Positions 51,972 through 64,000 of a stretch of 64,000 nt of DNA are shown in pieces. The position numbers and the translations under genes are program-made. Origin of the DNA: Obrimoposthia wandeli (Eukaryota); contig CDROCS010001715.1 in the NCBI GenBank assembly GCA_977020255.1, positions 186,001-250,000 on the forward strand, in the 5' to 3' direction. Numbering within the stretch: position 1 is the first letter of the stretch; each line of letters starts with the position of its first letter. The notes beneath the pieces are model-generated. The model ran no database searches. It worked only from the letters and a program-made list of their open reading frames with translations, and had not been told where the DNA came from.

Positions 51972-52790
51972 AGTCTATGTATATGGTGTTACCTAGTAAC
52001 GGATGTCCGAAGACTCAACCAGATAAGGACGCTAGTAGCTTTATTATCGATTTGGAAAATCCTATAAATCTCCAAGGTTAATGGGAAGCGACTTTAACAA
52101 AATTTCCTTTTTATTATTCTCCAATTTCTATCAGAAAAAACTCACATATTTCGTTTACAAAAGAATTTGATCATGAAAAAACAACTGAAGTTGTGATCGG
52201 GTTTGATAGTAAAGGAAATTTCTTTTACAATTGTATAGATAAAGAAGTGAAAGTTATATATGAAAATAAAAAAGTCAGATTTAAAAATCAATTAAAATAT
52301 CTTCAAGTTATTAAAATTACATTTGAATCTGAAAAAGAAGCTCTTCAATTCAGTTTTGATAGTGAACAAACAGTAGCTCGTAATAGACGGAATATAGTCT
52401 CATCTAAATCGGTTAGAAATGTTCCTGGTAGAGTAGCAAGAGTGTTGTTACTTGAAACGAGACCAAAGAATGTAGTGGAATTGAAAAAGTTTTCAAAAGA
52501 TTATAAAATAGATAGTGAAGTGAATTTTATCTAAATTAAGACAGAAGGAATATAGTGAATATTTGGATAAATGTGTAACATTAAAAAAAAGTAAATTATT
52601 GTTTACAGTAAAGATCAATTTGAAACGGGTTTCATTTCAAAGGAAGCCACCATAAAAGCTAAAAATAAGGCAAAACGTTTATATGCTGTTAATCATTTAT
52701 ATATTTATACTAATTTAATAGAACCAACACTTGTAGGAGGACAACAAGTTCCACTTTTGAGAACAATATGGATATCTCAAAATCAAACTA
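51968..52790 (+). pseudogene. minor capsid protein (penton, PX)
   Basis: MYMVLPSN...FIIDLENPINLQG*WEATL start; YIYTNLIEPTLVGGQQVPLLRTI end. Confidence 0.8.
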
Positions 52791-53092
52791 ATGATGGATC
52801 TGGCTGGCTTAGAACATTAGGTAGATTTGCCTTTTCTCTTTTAAAGAGACTCAGGAAATTTGTATCAAAATTAGGAAAGTACTACCTTTCATCTAATGAC
52901 AATAAACTAATACCAGCTTTTAAAAAGCATGCACTTAATGAACTTGATAATGTTTTACCTGACGTTGCTAATTTGATTAGAAAAAGTAAATCAAATAAAA
53001 GCCAAGAAGGTAGTGAATTTAAAAGTAAAAAGAAGAAAAAAATTAATATTAACAAACGTAAGAAAGTTGAAGGAACAATATATGTAAAATGA
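52790..53092 (+). CDS. small basic amphipathic Polinton protein upstream of MCP (cupiennin-like in adintovirus terms)
   Basis: GSGWLRTLGRFAFSLLKRLRKFVSKLGK...QEGS..KKKKK. Confidence 0.6.
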   Translation, partial: NDGSGWLRTLGRFAFSLLKRLRKFVSKLGKYYLSSNDNKLIPAFKKHALNELDNVLPDVANLIRKSKSNKSQEGSEFKSKKKKKININKRKKVEGTIYVK

Positions 53093-54320
53093 GTTGCGCC
53101 AAAACCGAATTGTGTATTTTTGATAAACCACTTCCACAAATAGTTGTAGATAATGCTTCCTTTGAAGAAATATTTCTAGTTAACTCAGTTTCAGGAACCA
53201 CTTTAACCGATTTAGAATTTAATAATAATGGTTCCAATAGCGAGTATTTAGATTTGAATGATACTTTGCTTTATGTTCAAATAAAAGTATTAAATCGGGA
53301 TGGTACAAATTTAGAGGAAAATGCCGATGTAACACCTGTAAATTATCTCTTTAATTTTTTATTTAGTGATGCCTTTGTTACTCTTAATAATGTCAAAATG
53401 GAAGGTGGAAATTCTTCCTATGCTCATAAAGCTTTTATTGAAAGTCTTTTGAATTATTGTACTGATACTCAAAATACTAATTTGGCAACCATTGGTTATA
53501 TGATAAAACGGTTGCAACTCGCTAAGAATGGATTGCAGGTTCTAAAGCTTACGAAATGTGTGGGTCTTTGAGATTGAATTTCTTTGAACAACCGAAATAT
53601 TTAATTTCCGGTGTTAATGTACATCTTTGTTTGAAACGTAATAAATGGAATTTTTCTTTGATAAGCAAAGACGTTCTAAAACCTATACTTGATATTTTGG
53701 ATGCAAAATTGTATGTTCGAAGAGTTAAAACTGAGCAATCAGTTTTAATGGCACATAATATAGGAATGGAAAAAAACAATGCTTGTTATCCTATTAGAGA
53801 AACTAAACTTTTATCTTATTCTTTAGGTACGGGTACACAAGCTTTTAATAAGGATCAAATGTTTGGTGATGTAAGATTACCAAAATTCATTTTAATTTCT
53901 TTTCAAAAAACTGCAAAGTTTCTAGGAAATTATACGACAGATGTAACTCAATTTGACAATCGTGATGTAGGTTCAATGACACTTTCAAGAAATACTGATT
54001 ATCGCGAAACATATAAAACAGATTTCGAAGGTAACGCTTATGCTTTGGCTTATACGCTATCTATTATTCGGAATTTGGGTCAACTAGATAACAATATAAA
54101 CAATGGTATTTCTTTCACTGAGTTTAAAAGTAGCTGCTCGTTCTTCACATTTGTTTTGGCACCAGACTTTGATATAAATCAATGCCAACTACCAAAGGAT
54201 GGAAATTTACGACTAGAAATTAAGTTCAATGCAGCTTTAACACATCCTACTACGGTGCTTATTTACGGAGTATTTGATTCGGAAATAGAAATAAGTAAAA
54301 ACAGAACTGTCATATTATAG
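53089..54320 (+). pseudogene. major capsid protein (PY, double jelly-roll)
   Basis: CAKTELCIFDKPLPQ, EYLDLNDTLLYVQIK, LLNY, KLYVRRV, PKFILISF, NGISF.EF...F.FVLAPD, GNLRLEIKF; frameshift near 53500. Confidence 0.92.
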
Positions 54321-54321
54321 A

Positions 54322-54703
54322 ATGAAGTAAGAAATTTTTTAAATTTATATTTATTAATTTTTATTTAGTTCAGTACAAGTACAAGAATCAACAGAGAAGG
54401 TCCTGGGTGATAAATTCAATGGAGTTTATCCAATTGATATGATTCCATTTTTTCAATCTGGAGGTTACATTATCAATACTCATACTTCGAATTTACCAAG
54501 AGAACATTGGATAGCTATTTATGTTAGAGAGTGGACAATACATCTATTTGATCCACTTGCAATGTATTAACCACACAAACTTGTTTCAACTATTCAAAAA
54601 GGACGAAGAAGAGTATTTTACAACAAGATACAATATCAGGATCCTGCGACGAGAAACTGTGGACATTTATGTATTTTATGGTTATCGTTGCAAAACGTTT
54701 AGT
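54322..54703 (+). pseudogene. adenain-like cysteine protease (42-nt intron 54327-54368; one TAA)
   Basis: Spliced MNSVQV...FNGVYPID...INTHTSNLPREHWIAI...FDP...Q...CGHLC (H, D, Q, C catalytic motifs). Confidence 0.9.
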
Positions 54704-54864
54704 GTGTTTTAAAAATAAATATTTTTAATGTTTTATTTTTAATTATTTTTTAAATCCATAATAAATATAAGGGTAAAATAATAAAAGACATAAGACGAAT
54801 TTTTTTAATACATTTATTAAAAACAACATCACAATGAGATCTGTCAGCAAAGATAAGGTCCATC

Positions 54865-57280
54865 CTAAAAAATGTATTGAAATAACAAAAAGTTAGAGTT
54901 AGTATCTAATAAGTTGTCCCTAAACATTGCTGGTAATAATTGATTATCTAAACTAACATTTTTACATTCTAAAAAGAAAGAGTCAGTGTCCCCAGCTGCG
55001 ATTTTAATCTCACAATTGAATTCTCGTCGATATTTCTCTAATTCTATGTATTGAAGCTCGTACATTCTGAGTTTAGAAATGTCTAAAACCGTTTGACCTA
55101 TATAACTCGGTCGATCGAGACAAATACTCTGTTTTCCTAATAACACTGCTACCAAGCCATCTGCAATTGTAAAACTACGCTTGAAGTTGTACTTGCTAGT
55201 ATATGTTATTATTTTACGCTCATCATTGCAAAACCGTAGAAAAATACGTCTTTAAACACAAAGTTTTGACTGAAGCTTATAGCACGATGAATTCGAGTAA
55301 CTTTCGCTCCCAACTTTAAGTAGAATTGAAGAAGCCGCCAATGTACAACATAATTCAACTTGTCTTCATGGGTTAACAATAATTTCTTAACCTTTGAATT
55401 AGGTGGGCATTGATGAACAGGTGCTACTGGAAGATCATCTAATTTATCATGCACATTGGAAGGGATTGTTAAGTCAACCTCAACCAAATAGCCGATTTCT
55501 AATGAAACTGTATCAACAGTAACCGAATCTGTCATCAACTTATTCAACTCTTCCTCGTCATAAACCCACTTAAAGTTGGCATGAGGTAGAGGTTGAGTAA
55601 GCGCCCACCCATACAAATTATTAATGTCGATGTAAAGAATCTCCGTGGATTGATTTTTGACAACATAATGTTTGTTGACAAAAGTCATTCCACCGCGTAT
55701 ACCATAATCATACATTTGATACATCGCGGGATCTTGCAGTAACTCGATATTAATTTTAAGAGTTTTTATTGCTGTTGCCCATGAAAGACAAGGTAAACTA
55801 AAGAAATGCATGGGATCTAGCCTATCTTCTGCTAAAGAATTTACACGAAAGGATTCAAACACATCAGCTAAAAGATGAATGTCTAACTTCATATAATAAA
55901 GCATATAATCTAAAAGATTTCGACAATTATTCCCCCAAAATGTACGGGCCTCATTATAGTCTTGAAGGCTTACACTTTCAAATTCAGTTATGGATGGGAT
56001 TTCAGTTGTATTTTCTAAATCTGCAAAGGTTTTCGCAAATTTATACGGAAAAATCCCCTTATCATTAACCGAAGCTAGGAACACTGACTGTGTAATTGGC
56101 CATGCATTTAAAGATTCCGTTAAATTTTTTAAAGACCCGCTCAAAAACTGCAGAGAATCTATGAATCTTAAACTGCAGAATTCAGTATATGCAGTTAAAG
56201 ATAAATATTTCTCTGAAGTTTGAGGTATACATGAAATTTCCCAAGAGCTTAATGTAACCAACGCGTATTTAAGTATATGGTGTAATTCATATCTTTTGAC
56301 ATTATGAAACCCGATTGGAATGCGTGGTTTTTTAGGAAGATACGGCCAAGGTTACAGAGGTTGCACGCCACTCCCAAGTATCGCCCCGTAATATTGTCGT
56401 AATTTCTGACTAACTTAGACTGGGTACCACACAAATAACATAATCTACAAGAATTAAAATTAACCCAGTCTATGCCTGTCATGATCATTGCTTTATGAGC
56501 ATTAAGATCATACCACGGTTTGACAACTGTAGTTCCTAATTCTTCTAATTTTAACATAAAATCTAAAATACAATTTGGACCGGAAAATTTATGATACTGT
56601 GTAATAGTGGGGCCTAAGAATAGTAGTCCTGCCGAAGTCGGTAGGTGAATACTCTCATACTGGTCATGCAATATTAAAATTGACTCAAAATCTGTATACA
56701 CCCTGAATTCCACGGGTATGCATTTTGCCCAATCACTAAATTTTAAATCCTTATCCTTAGGCATGCTGTATAGCGTATTGTCATCAGGATTCAGTGTACA
56801 TAATGTAAGATGTTTGCTGTAAGAGAGCTCGGATCGGAATCCATACAAACATCTATGACACCACTTACACCTTATCCTAACCGGTAAGGCTCCATTATCT
56901 AAATTTAGAAGACGATCTAAATTTGGAATTGCAGCATAATGGAATTTTTTATTATGTTCGAGCAAAATTAAGTTGACCTGAGTTCCCTCATTTTTGCTAC
57001 TATAAATTACATCTACAAAAGGATTTTTAAATATTTCTTCATCTGTTACATTAACTGGGACATCAGTATTATATTTGAATACATTAATACTCAAGTTATT
57101 AAGGTGTTCAAATCTTGATATCGCAGTTAATTTAACAGGAAAATCTATCCCATGATACTGCAATTCATTTAAAAAAGGGATATATTTACTGACACGCTCT
57201 CTGTGCTCAGTAATTACATCCTTTTGAGGATGGCCAACTCGCTATATAGAAAGCAAAGGTTGTTACTGTTTTGTACGTTA
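54865..57280 (-). pseudogene. protein-primed family B DNA polymerase, truncated at both ends
   Basis: CHRCL...H zinc finger, VYTDFES, endonuclease VII-like CYLC...CNLCNL, RFIDSLQFL, KGIFPY, GIRGG, YIDINNLYG, GDTDSF; motif B is mostly deleted. Confidence 0.93.
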
Positions 57281-57329
57281 ACAATGGAACGTGAAAGTTG
57301 AAGAGATCTAGGTGAAGAAATGTATGAAC

Positions 57330-57598
57330 TCCCAGAAAGATATATCATGTCAGTGAACTTTGTTAGAACAAAGCTAACATCGTGAATTCTAACTAGATAA
57401 ACTACTTAACTGATTATGCATATGAATTGATTCCAGTCTGGCTTTTAGAAATGACCTTGGTTATTTGATTATTACACTTTTAGATGAAGAAATATGGAAT
57501 ATTTCAATACGGCTCTATGGATATTATGCTGATAGTTTCATTAAAAAATACAACCTCAAGGAACTTTGAATGAAGCTAATATGGTGTTTTACAATTGA
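57330..57598 (+). pseudogene. third paralog fragment of the terminal-repeat gene
   Basis: DLGYLIITLLDEEIWNISIRLYGY...EANMVFYN*, an inverted counterpart of 48386-48796. Confidence 0.8.
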
Positions 57599-58299
57599 AA
57601 TTTGTTTTGATATAATAAATGTATTGAAGATAATATTTGTCTTGTATTTTTTTCTTCTTCTTAAAAATATATATAATTCTGACCTACTGACTTTTGTCCT
57701 ACTATTGTGTTGTCATTTATTTATTCAAAATTATCATCTTAAGTCTCGTCTACGGCAAGTCGATAATGACGGGCCAATTTGGTTTCATGTGGTCTTTTAT
57801 AATCACTTTTGAGTACATTGGTTCATTCTCGAGGTCCGGTATGAAATTCATACACACGCATGAAATTTCACATCATACACACATATACGGTTTTAAAGGA
57901 CAGAGGATAGGGTGAATTAAACCGGACACTTGCACCTACTCTGAAGCATAATTTGTTTTTGTTATTTTTTTGTTGAAAGTTTGTCTTTATTAAAAATAAT
58001 CACTACGTCTTCAATTTTTCGGATTGTTTTATATTTAATTGACACAAATAAACTTATTCCAACCACTTTGAAATCTCTATATATAAACGTTGATATCGTT
58101 GATATTAAGGTAGTTTCCTTTAACATGAATTTCCATAATTTTCAACATTTCTTCTTATTTTCGACATTTATATTTGTAAAAAATTCGTCTTTCTATTAAT
58201 GTTTATTTTTAAATAAACCTGATAATTAATATTTCCTGTATTAGTTTTGTTTCGAGTGAAAACATTCATATTACCAATTTATATACAAACTAAAAACTC

Positions 58300-61100
58300 C
58301 CAACAGTTAGTTCTTGTTTCTTCTTTTGTCCTTAACCTTCATCTGAGGATAACATGTGGTAATTCAGTTATTAAGCATCTCACACATACATTCAATTTCT
58401 CCTGCAAACATACCAGAATCATATAAATAAATATAAATAAATATAATAATTTAAAATGTATATAAACATTATTTTATTTTACCTACCTTACATCTCACTA
58501 TCTTTAAAAGGCTTCAGCCAATCAATTTTTGGTATGAGCTTTCTTCCGTTTTTAAAAGTTTTTTTATAACTTCGATCGTGTATAATTTTAATAATCGTAA
58601 CAGGCTCTTCATAACGTTTTTCTTTTTCTTTTTAATTTATTTCTGTATAAGAACGATCTCTGACTTTATATTTATGATTTTCTTCAATATTCAAAAAAAT
58701 CCTTTTTTCATCCGTCCATTCTCTACATATGTTTCTCCTGAAAAATACTTTTGTTGATGTCATACCTTGCATAATTTGATTTTAAAAATATTAAGCATAT
58801 ATGGATTTTCTGGTAATAATTAAGCCCGATTTTTTTATTTTAAATTTCTTTGAATTGCATCTCGAATCTTTCGAAATTGTCTTTCAATTTGTGTATTTGC
58901 CGAATGATGATACAAACTAGAAAAATTTAAACATATGTTACTAGATCTTTCCAGCTCTTTTAATAATGAACTTTCACCCTATTTTTCTGTCTCTATTTAT
59001 CATCATATCTGCTGCTTATTTAAAAATCAATTCATTTTGATAATATTAGCAACCTTTTTACGTCTTGTATTGCCTACTGCTGATATTGCTACGTATTTGC
59101 TTGCATGGTCTATAATAGATAATATTTTTATTGTGTACCGTTGTTCGCAGGGGTCCACAAACATGTTTGACCTGTATATGTCTTTCTAATTTGACAACTT
59201 TCGTGGCTTTTAGTTACTTTTTTATTGAATTTTTCATTTTTTTCTATCGAATATATATAACTTTGAGTATTTCGTATGACTGATTATAAACTTTCGGTAA
59301 TAATTCACCAGACAAAAGCTTTTTAAATATTTTATACACTTAGGCCAAATAAAATTTATAATAGCATCAATCTTTTTGACATTTGTTCTCAAACCACTTT
59401 CGTCTAAAATTTGATCTAGAAATTTAACTTGCCTTTTTAAGAAATTACACTTTTTAGTACCTAACTTAAGACTGGCTTCGAGTCTTCTTGAAAACACTTC
59501 CTCTATGTTTATGTGATGATCTGACCATGTCTTTTAATAAGCTAAAATATCGTCTAGATATACAAAAACAGTTGTCTAATTCATATAACCGTTAACCTTA
59601 TTGTTGAAAGGTAGCTGGAGCTGCTGCGATTCCGAATGGCATTCTAGTAAAACAGTATTATATATGTTTACTTGAAAAAGCAGTGTTAAGTTCTGAACAT
59701 TCCTCCAATTTAACTTTATAGTATGCATTTTCGATATCATAGTTGAAAATATCTCTCATCTCCGAGGCTATCTCATTCATGGCTTGTCATTGATAATTAT
59801 TTTCATTGATTTTCATAAGTATTAGGATATGAGATTACTAGTCATATAATTACATGAGAATAATTAGTACTATTAGATATTGGTAATACAGGTTTCTCTG
59901 TAACTTCGTTTAATAAACTAAAATCTAAAAATATTCTTACATCTCAGTATCTTTATTTTCGAAACAGATCAATGGAGAGTTCCATGGAGATTTGCTTTCT
60001 TTTATAATTCCACAATCTTCCATTTCCTTTGGATTATCTTAAATTTTACTCAATAGGTGAGCTAGTCGTTGTTTTGGAGGAATTTTAATCGGTTTTGAAC
60101 ACTTTAAAATATCATGCTTTAAAAGAGACTACTTTCCAACAACATACTTATGTTTCATAAATATTATATCGTACATCTTTACCAACCTGTTTATCTCAAC
60201 GTCATCCAATATCATCTCAAAGACACTTAAATCATTAGAACTGATATCATTTAAAATGTAAAATTTTAAAGTTTGTCCCATAAATTATTTTGGGAGAAAC
60301 GTTTCGAGCAACATAGAACCTAACGTCATGCTTGTAGTCAATGCCTTTTATCTCCACTGATAGTTTAATTTTTCCTAAAATAGCAAATGGTCTCTCATTA
60401 GCACAGTTTACTTTCAAATCATTAAACTCCGTCATCTTCAGTTTTTCATCAACTTATAAACTCCTTTCAATTACATTAAGGTTTGAACAAGGTATCTAAT
60501 AAACATTCATAAAAATTATCTTTTAATTCATAAAAAAAATTATTGAAATACTAGGCCTACTTCTCATCGAATAATATTTTATAAAATAGTTTTTATTTCG
60601 TTTAATTTTATTGCTATTTAAATTACAAGTCGAAAAATTAATATAATTTATACTACTTTTTGATTAAAACTTATTAAAAATATATCATCAACCAAACATT
60701 CACAATCGTCAACAAATATGCAATTATTAACATACTTATTTTTTTACACAAATCATTCTCAATCAACTATGCTCAACAAAAGAATCACTCACAAGATTTC
60801 CTCTCGTAGAATTCTTTTTAACCTCTTATTCAGCTGTAAGATCTTGCTCTAATGTTGTTTTCTCCTAGTAAACAAGGATAAGACTTTCTTGAAACGCTTT
60901 CTTTGATTTTAATGTGACAAATTTCTTCCCTGCTTCTGTTAATAAAAATTCTCGAACTCAGATTTGCTGTATATTTGTTTCTTCTAGTTGTGTCAATTCG
61001 AAAATCTCAAAATATCTTCGATATTCCCTCCAATTCGATACTGTTCCGATGGCTTGACAAATTGAAGTAGCGTGGTTTTCATGTTAGTTTCGCTTTGAGT
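58300..61100 (-). mobile_element. second gypsy retrotransposon remnant (PR, RT, IN; RNase H apparently deleted)
   Basis: AAAPATFQ, KCNFLKRQVKFL, LVNYYRKFI, IIDHASKYV, YHHSANTQIERQFR; boundaries approximate. Confidence 0.75.
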
Positions 61101-62810
61101 CAATACATTAATATTACCAATTTATATTCAAAAAAAACACAACAGATAAATCTTGTTTCTTCTTTAGTCCTTGACCTTCGACTAAGGATATCATGTGATA
61201 TTTCAGTTATGAAGCATATCATACATTCATTTGATCATTTGCAAATGTTTTAAAAAATTCTAAACATGCACAGACCTTTCGACACACCACCTAATTTAAA
61301 GTTACATTCTAGTGAATTGATTTATTGACGTAGTTTTCAACCATGATAGAACACAGCCACAATAAACACGAAAAGAAAATCAGAAGACGACGGTAATAAT
61401 AATTGTGGTTACCATTATAATAATCGTTGTAATAATCACAAAGAGTCACAAAATCAGCACAGAAGGAGTAGTACGACTAAACTTGCGCTAACAATCCGTA
61501 CCAGCAGCAGGAGATGAAAGAAAGTTGATTTGTATAAAAGTGTGATACAAACGGTTTGAATTTGTCCAGCAGAAGTTTTAACACGAATTCCATGTTTCAC
61601 TCTCAACCTCAGAGGTATTTCTCATACAAGCTCAGCACAGCTTGAAGTACACTGTATTGGGAAAATTCGGAGAACGCATACTCACTACCTCAGTTTCTGA
61701 GTTGGTCTGCAAGAGCTGCAAGGGACCCAGGTCAGCAGTAGACCCAAATTAGCTCAGCAGGTATCGAGCTCACAAACAGGCTTGCACAACAAAGTCCCTG
61801 TTTTAACGAAGAATTGGTCGACCTAAAAGATAACAAATGACGGTAGAAAAGACAACAAAGAACAATCGTTTCCGGGACTTCGCAGATGACAGTGCAGTGA
61901 CAAATTGGAATTTACACAGAAATGACAGACCACAACACTGAAGAAATAGTAGCAGTAATAATGATCAATATTGTCGCAATAAAAATGATAACAATAGTAA
62001 AATTACGATGACCAGCATCTATTGAACACTAATAGGGAGTCTCCTAAAAATGAAAGGATAAATCAATTAATATGACGAAAGGACTAACGAGAAAATCTAC
62101 ACACATCTTCTGAAGACGATGTTGAAAATAAGTGGCTCTTTTGGCATCATTTTGCCGCTTCAACAAAAAAACAGAAATTCCCAACAGTTGTTGTTTGGTA
62201 TTCTGGGCTCACAAAGTAGCTTCTCTCTGGGATAAAATCGACAAAATGTATTTTCCGCATAATCATCACACTTCGATTCACAAAATCCAACTCAGTAATA
62301 GACATCAAAAATCTGACAAATAACAGTTCAAAATAAATATTTATAAACTCTGGAATTGTAAAAATGACAAAAAATATTCTCAACTGACAAATTATAAGGT
62401 ATTATGTAGAAATGTCTTTATTTCCTTTATCAAATAAACACATTGTTACTTCAAACTTCCCCAACTCTCGAAATTCTACTTACAAGGCAATGACAATGGA
62501 ACGGATAATTTATGGTCAATAAACTATCCAAATTGACGAAATTAAAATTGAAGATTTACATAGACCCATCGGTTTTCTTTAGGAATATACTGAAGGATAT
62601 TTTGAAGTTCAACCTTAAAAATGTCTTCCTTGCCAATTGAAGCACGTGGAATTTGTGGATCAAATCCCTAACTCCCTATAAAGCCAATACTGAGATCTTC
62701 CGCTACCATATGCAAACTCTAAAATATTTACTTCTACTTACCAGATCTTGTTCAGAATACACTTGTTTAAGTTGTTAAGGTGTGTGTTATTGATTTGTCA
62801 GTGCTGAATA

Positions 62811-63029
62811 CTATCGAGGCTCAATGGATGTTGTTGATTGTCTGCGCGCCAAGGCGGCAGCTACAGCACTGTTGGTCGAGGCTGGGTGAGGAATGTCACT
62901 AGCGCTGGCACTGTACAGCTTGTACCAACCGAATACGATGGAGCTCAGTTCGAGGTCACCGAGGACGACCTCACAACGACCCATGAAGGCCTTCTTGTCC
63001 ATTCGACTGTACTCACCCCAGATGGTAGC
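62811..63029 (-). CDS. RIMS: last coding exon of a RIM/UNC-10 family gene (C2B domain end)
   Basis: TTTTCCCAG/ acceptor; ATIWGEYSRMDKKAFMGRCEVVLGDLELSSIVFGWYKLY...LARRQSTTSIE matches RIM C2B VWGDYGRMDHK.FMG....L..L.LS..V.GWYKLF...RR.SQ.SLE. Confidence 0.9.
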   Translation of the reverse strand, partial: ATIWGEYSRMDKKAFMGRCEVVLGDLELSSIVFGWYKLYSASASDIPHPASTNSAVAAALARRQSTTSIEPR

Positions 63030-64000
63030 CTGGGAAAATTATTTTTGTTAACCCTTTACATCTTACAACTGATATATGTATACGACGGTTTATAAAATGA
63101 TTTTGTTATCATCTACTTGATCTTAAAATATGGCCTGATCAGATTTTTATATATTCAACACTGAAAAAACATGAAATTATTTTTAATGATTATTTTATTT
63201 TTACAAAAACGTTATGTTTTAATAAAATTATTATAAAGATGATTTTTCAAAATTATTTTGTATGACACTGTAACTTTTTCTATTCATTGTTATTTCTTAA
63301 ATTATCCTTAAATTCATAAAATTCCCATGTGTATTTGCTGATTTCAAACCACATGTGAACTTTGAAAGTAGTTCCTTTGAGAATCATTGCATTTCCGTGT
63401 ATGCAACATAGTAATTGGAAAAATGTCAGGCAGTTTTGTTTCTAACTATTCATTTAATGCATTGTCCACACAAAAGGAGTCACAAAATTCTTACCCTTCA
63501 AAAGAGGATTATATTCAATTTATAGTAATAGTCGAAAGGTGATCGAACTGCAACTCGGTAAGTTTTATGTCAATTCTGCAGTCTATGACCGGGAATTTTT
63601 ATGTAGAAAGTGAATATAAGTTCAAGCTGATGTCGGTAATTGTTTGATATTTGTTTGAAGTGCTGTCTTACATTTATCAAGAATCTGAAAGTAAATTTCA
63701 GCATTGATTGCCTGATTGTGTGCAAGCGTATCACAGAGAATTACTCCTTTCACATTCCAAAAACAATTGAACAATCCTTATTTGTCCAGTCATAGCGCTT
63801 TGGCGAACAACTACTGTTGTACCAAATCAGCCCCTGGCCAGGCTTCGTGAGGTGGACCAGAAGAAATTGCATTCGGGTTTGCCCAATAGAGCTACAACTT
63901 ATAAACGGTAATTAGTTGGTTCTAAAAACTACGTCGATTGTTTTATTCAATAAATAAGAACAAATTAAAACTCTTTCGATACAGTTATCTTCTGTTAGAT

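Larger units (their letters stand above)
47927..57940. mobile_element. Polinton/Maverick copy C, 10.0 kb, internally deleted
   Basis: Ends AGTAGGTG...CACCTACT; long diverged TIRs; integrase, penton, MCP, protease and pPolB present; no ATPase and no TSD recognised. Confidence 0.93.

Noticed and set aside
54865-54900. Possible third Polinton intron acceptor (CTAAC, T-rich tract, AG on minus strand) at the PolB end
   Set aside because: No donor was found, and the downstream frames do not restore recognisable PolB sequence.
61380-62100. GC-richer region with an SPNFPN (CUB-like) peptide
   Set aside because: The frame is interrupted by stops; more likely RIM 3' UTR or decayed repeat.

Overview
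Strongly AT-rich animal (invertebrate) genomic DNA dominated by nested mobile elements; no prokaryotic features. (1) A 15-kb Ty3/gypsy-type LTR retroelement on the minus strand (6073-21250) has LTRs and a PBS. Its decayed reading frame runs Gag - internal signal peptide - class III (chuvirus G/herpes gB-like) fusion glycoprotein - TM - protease - RT - RNase H - integrase, so env lies inside the gag-pol polyprotein. (2) Both LTRs and a diverged solo LTR (24101-25169, TSD CATA) carry a type I hammerhead ribozyme motif, antisense to the retroviral genes, with covarying stem I. (3) There are three Polinton/Maverick copies: A about 4150-6072 (minus), B about 22370-25352 (plus) and C 47927-57940. 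Copy C has terminal inverted repeats, integrase, penton, major capsid, adenain protease, a truncated pPolB, a TBP-like gene, a small paralogous gene family and two short GT-AG introns. (4) Also present: two hAT non-autonomous elements with 8-bp TSDs, Penelope-like, LINE and gypsy remnants, an ND1+COX1 NUMT, four phase-compatible exons of an unidentified host gene (plus strand), and the last coding exon of a RIM/UNC-10 gene (minus strand). All assignments come from manual reading, translation and motif recognition. No database searches were run, and boundaries marked approximate may be off by tens of bases.
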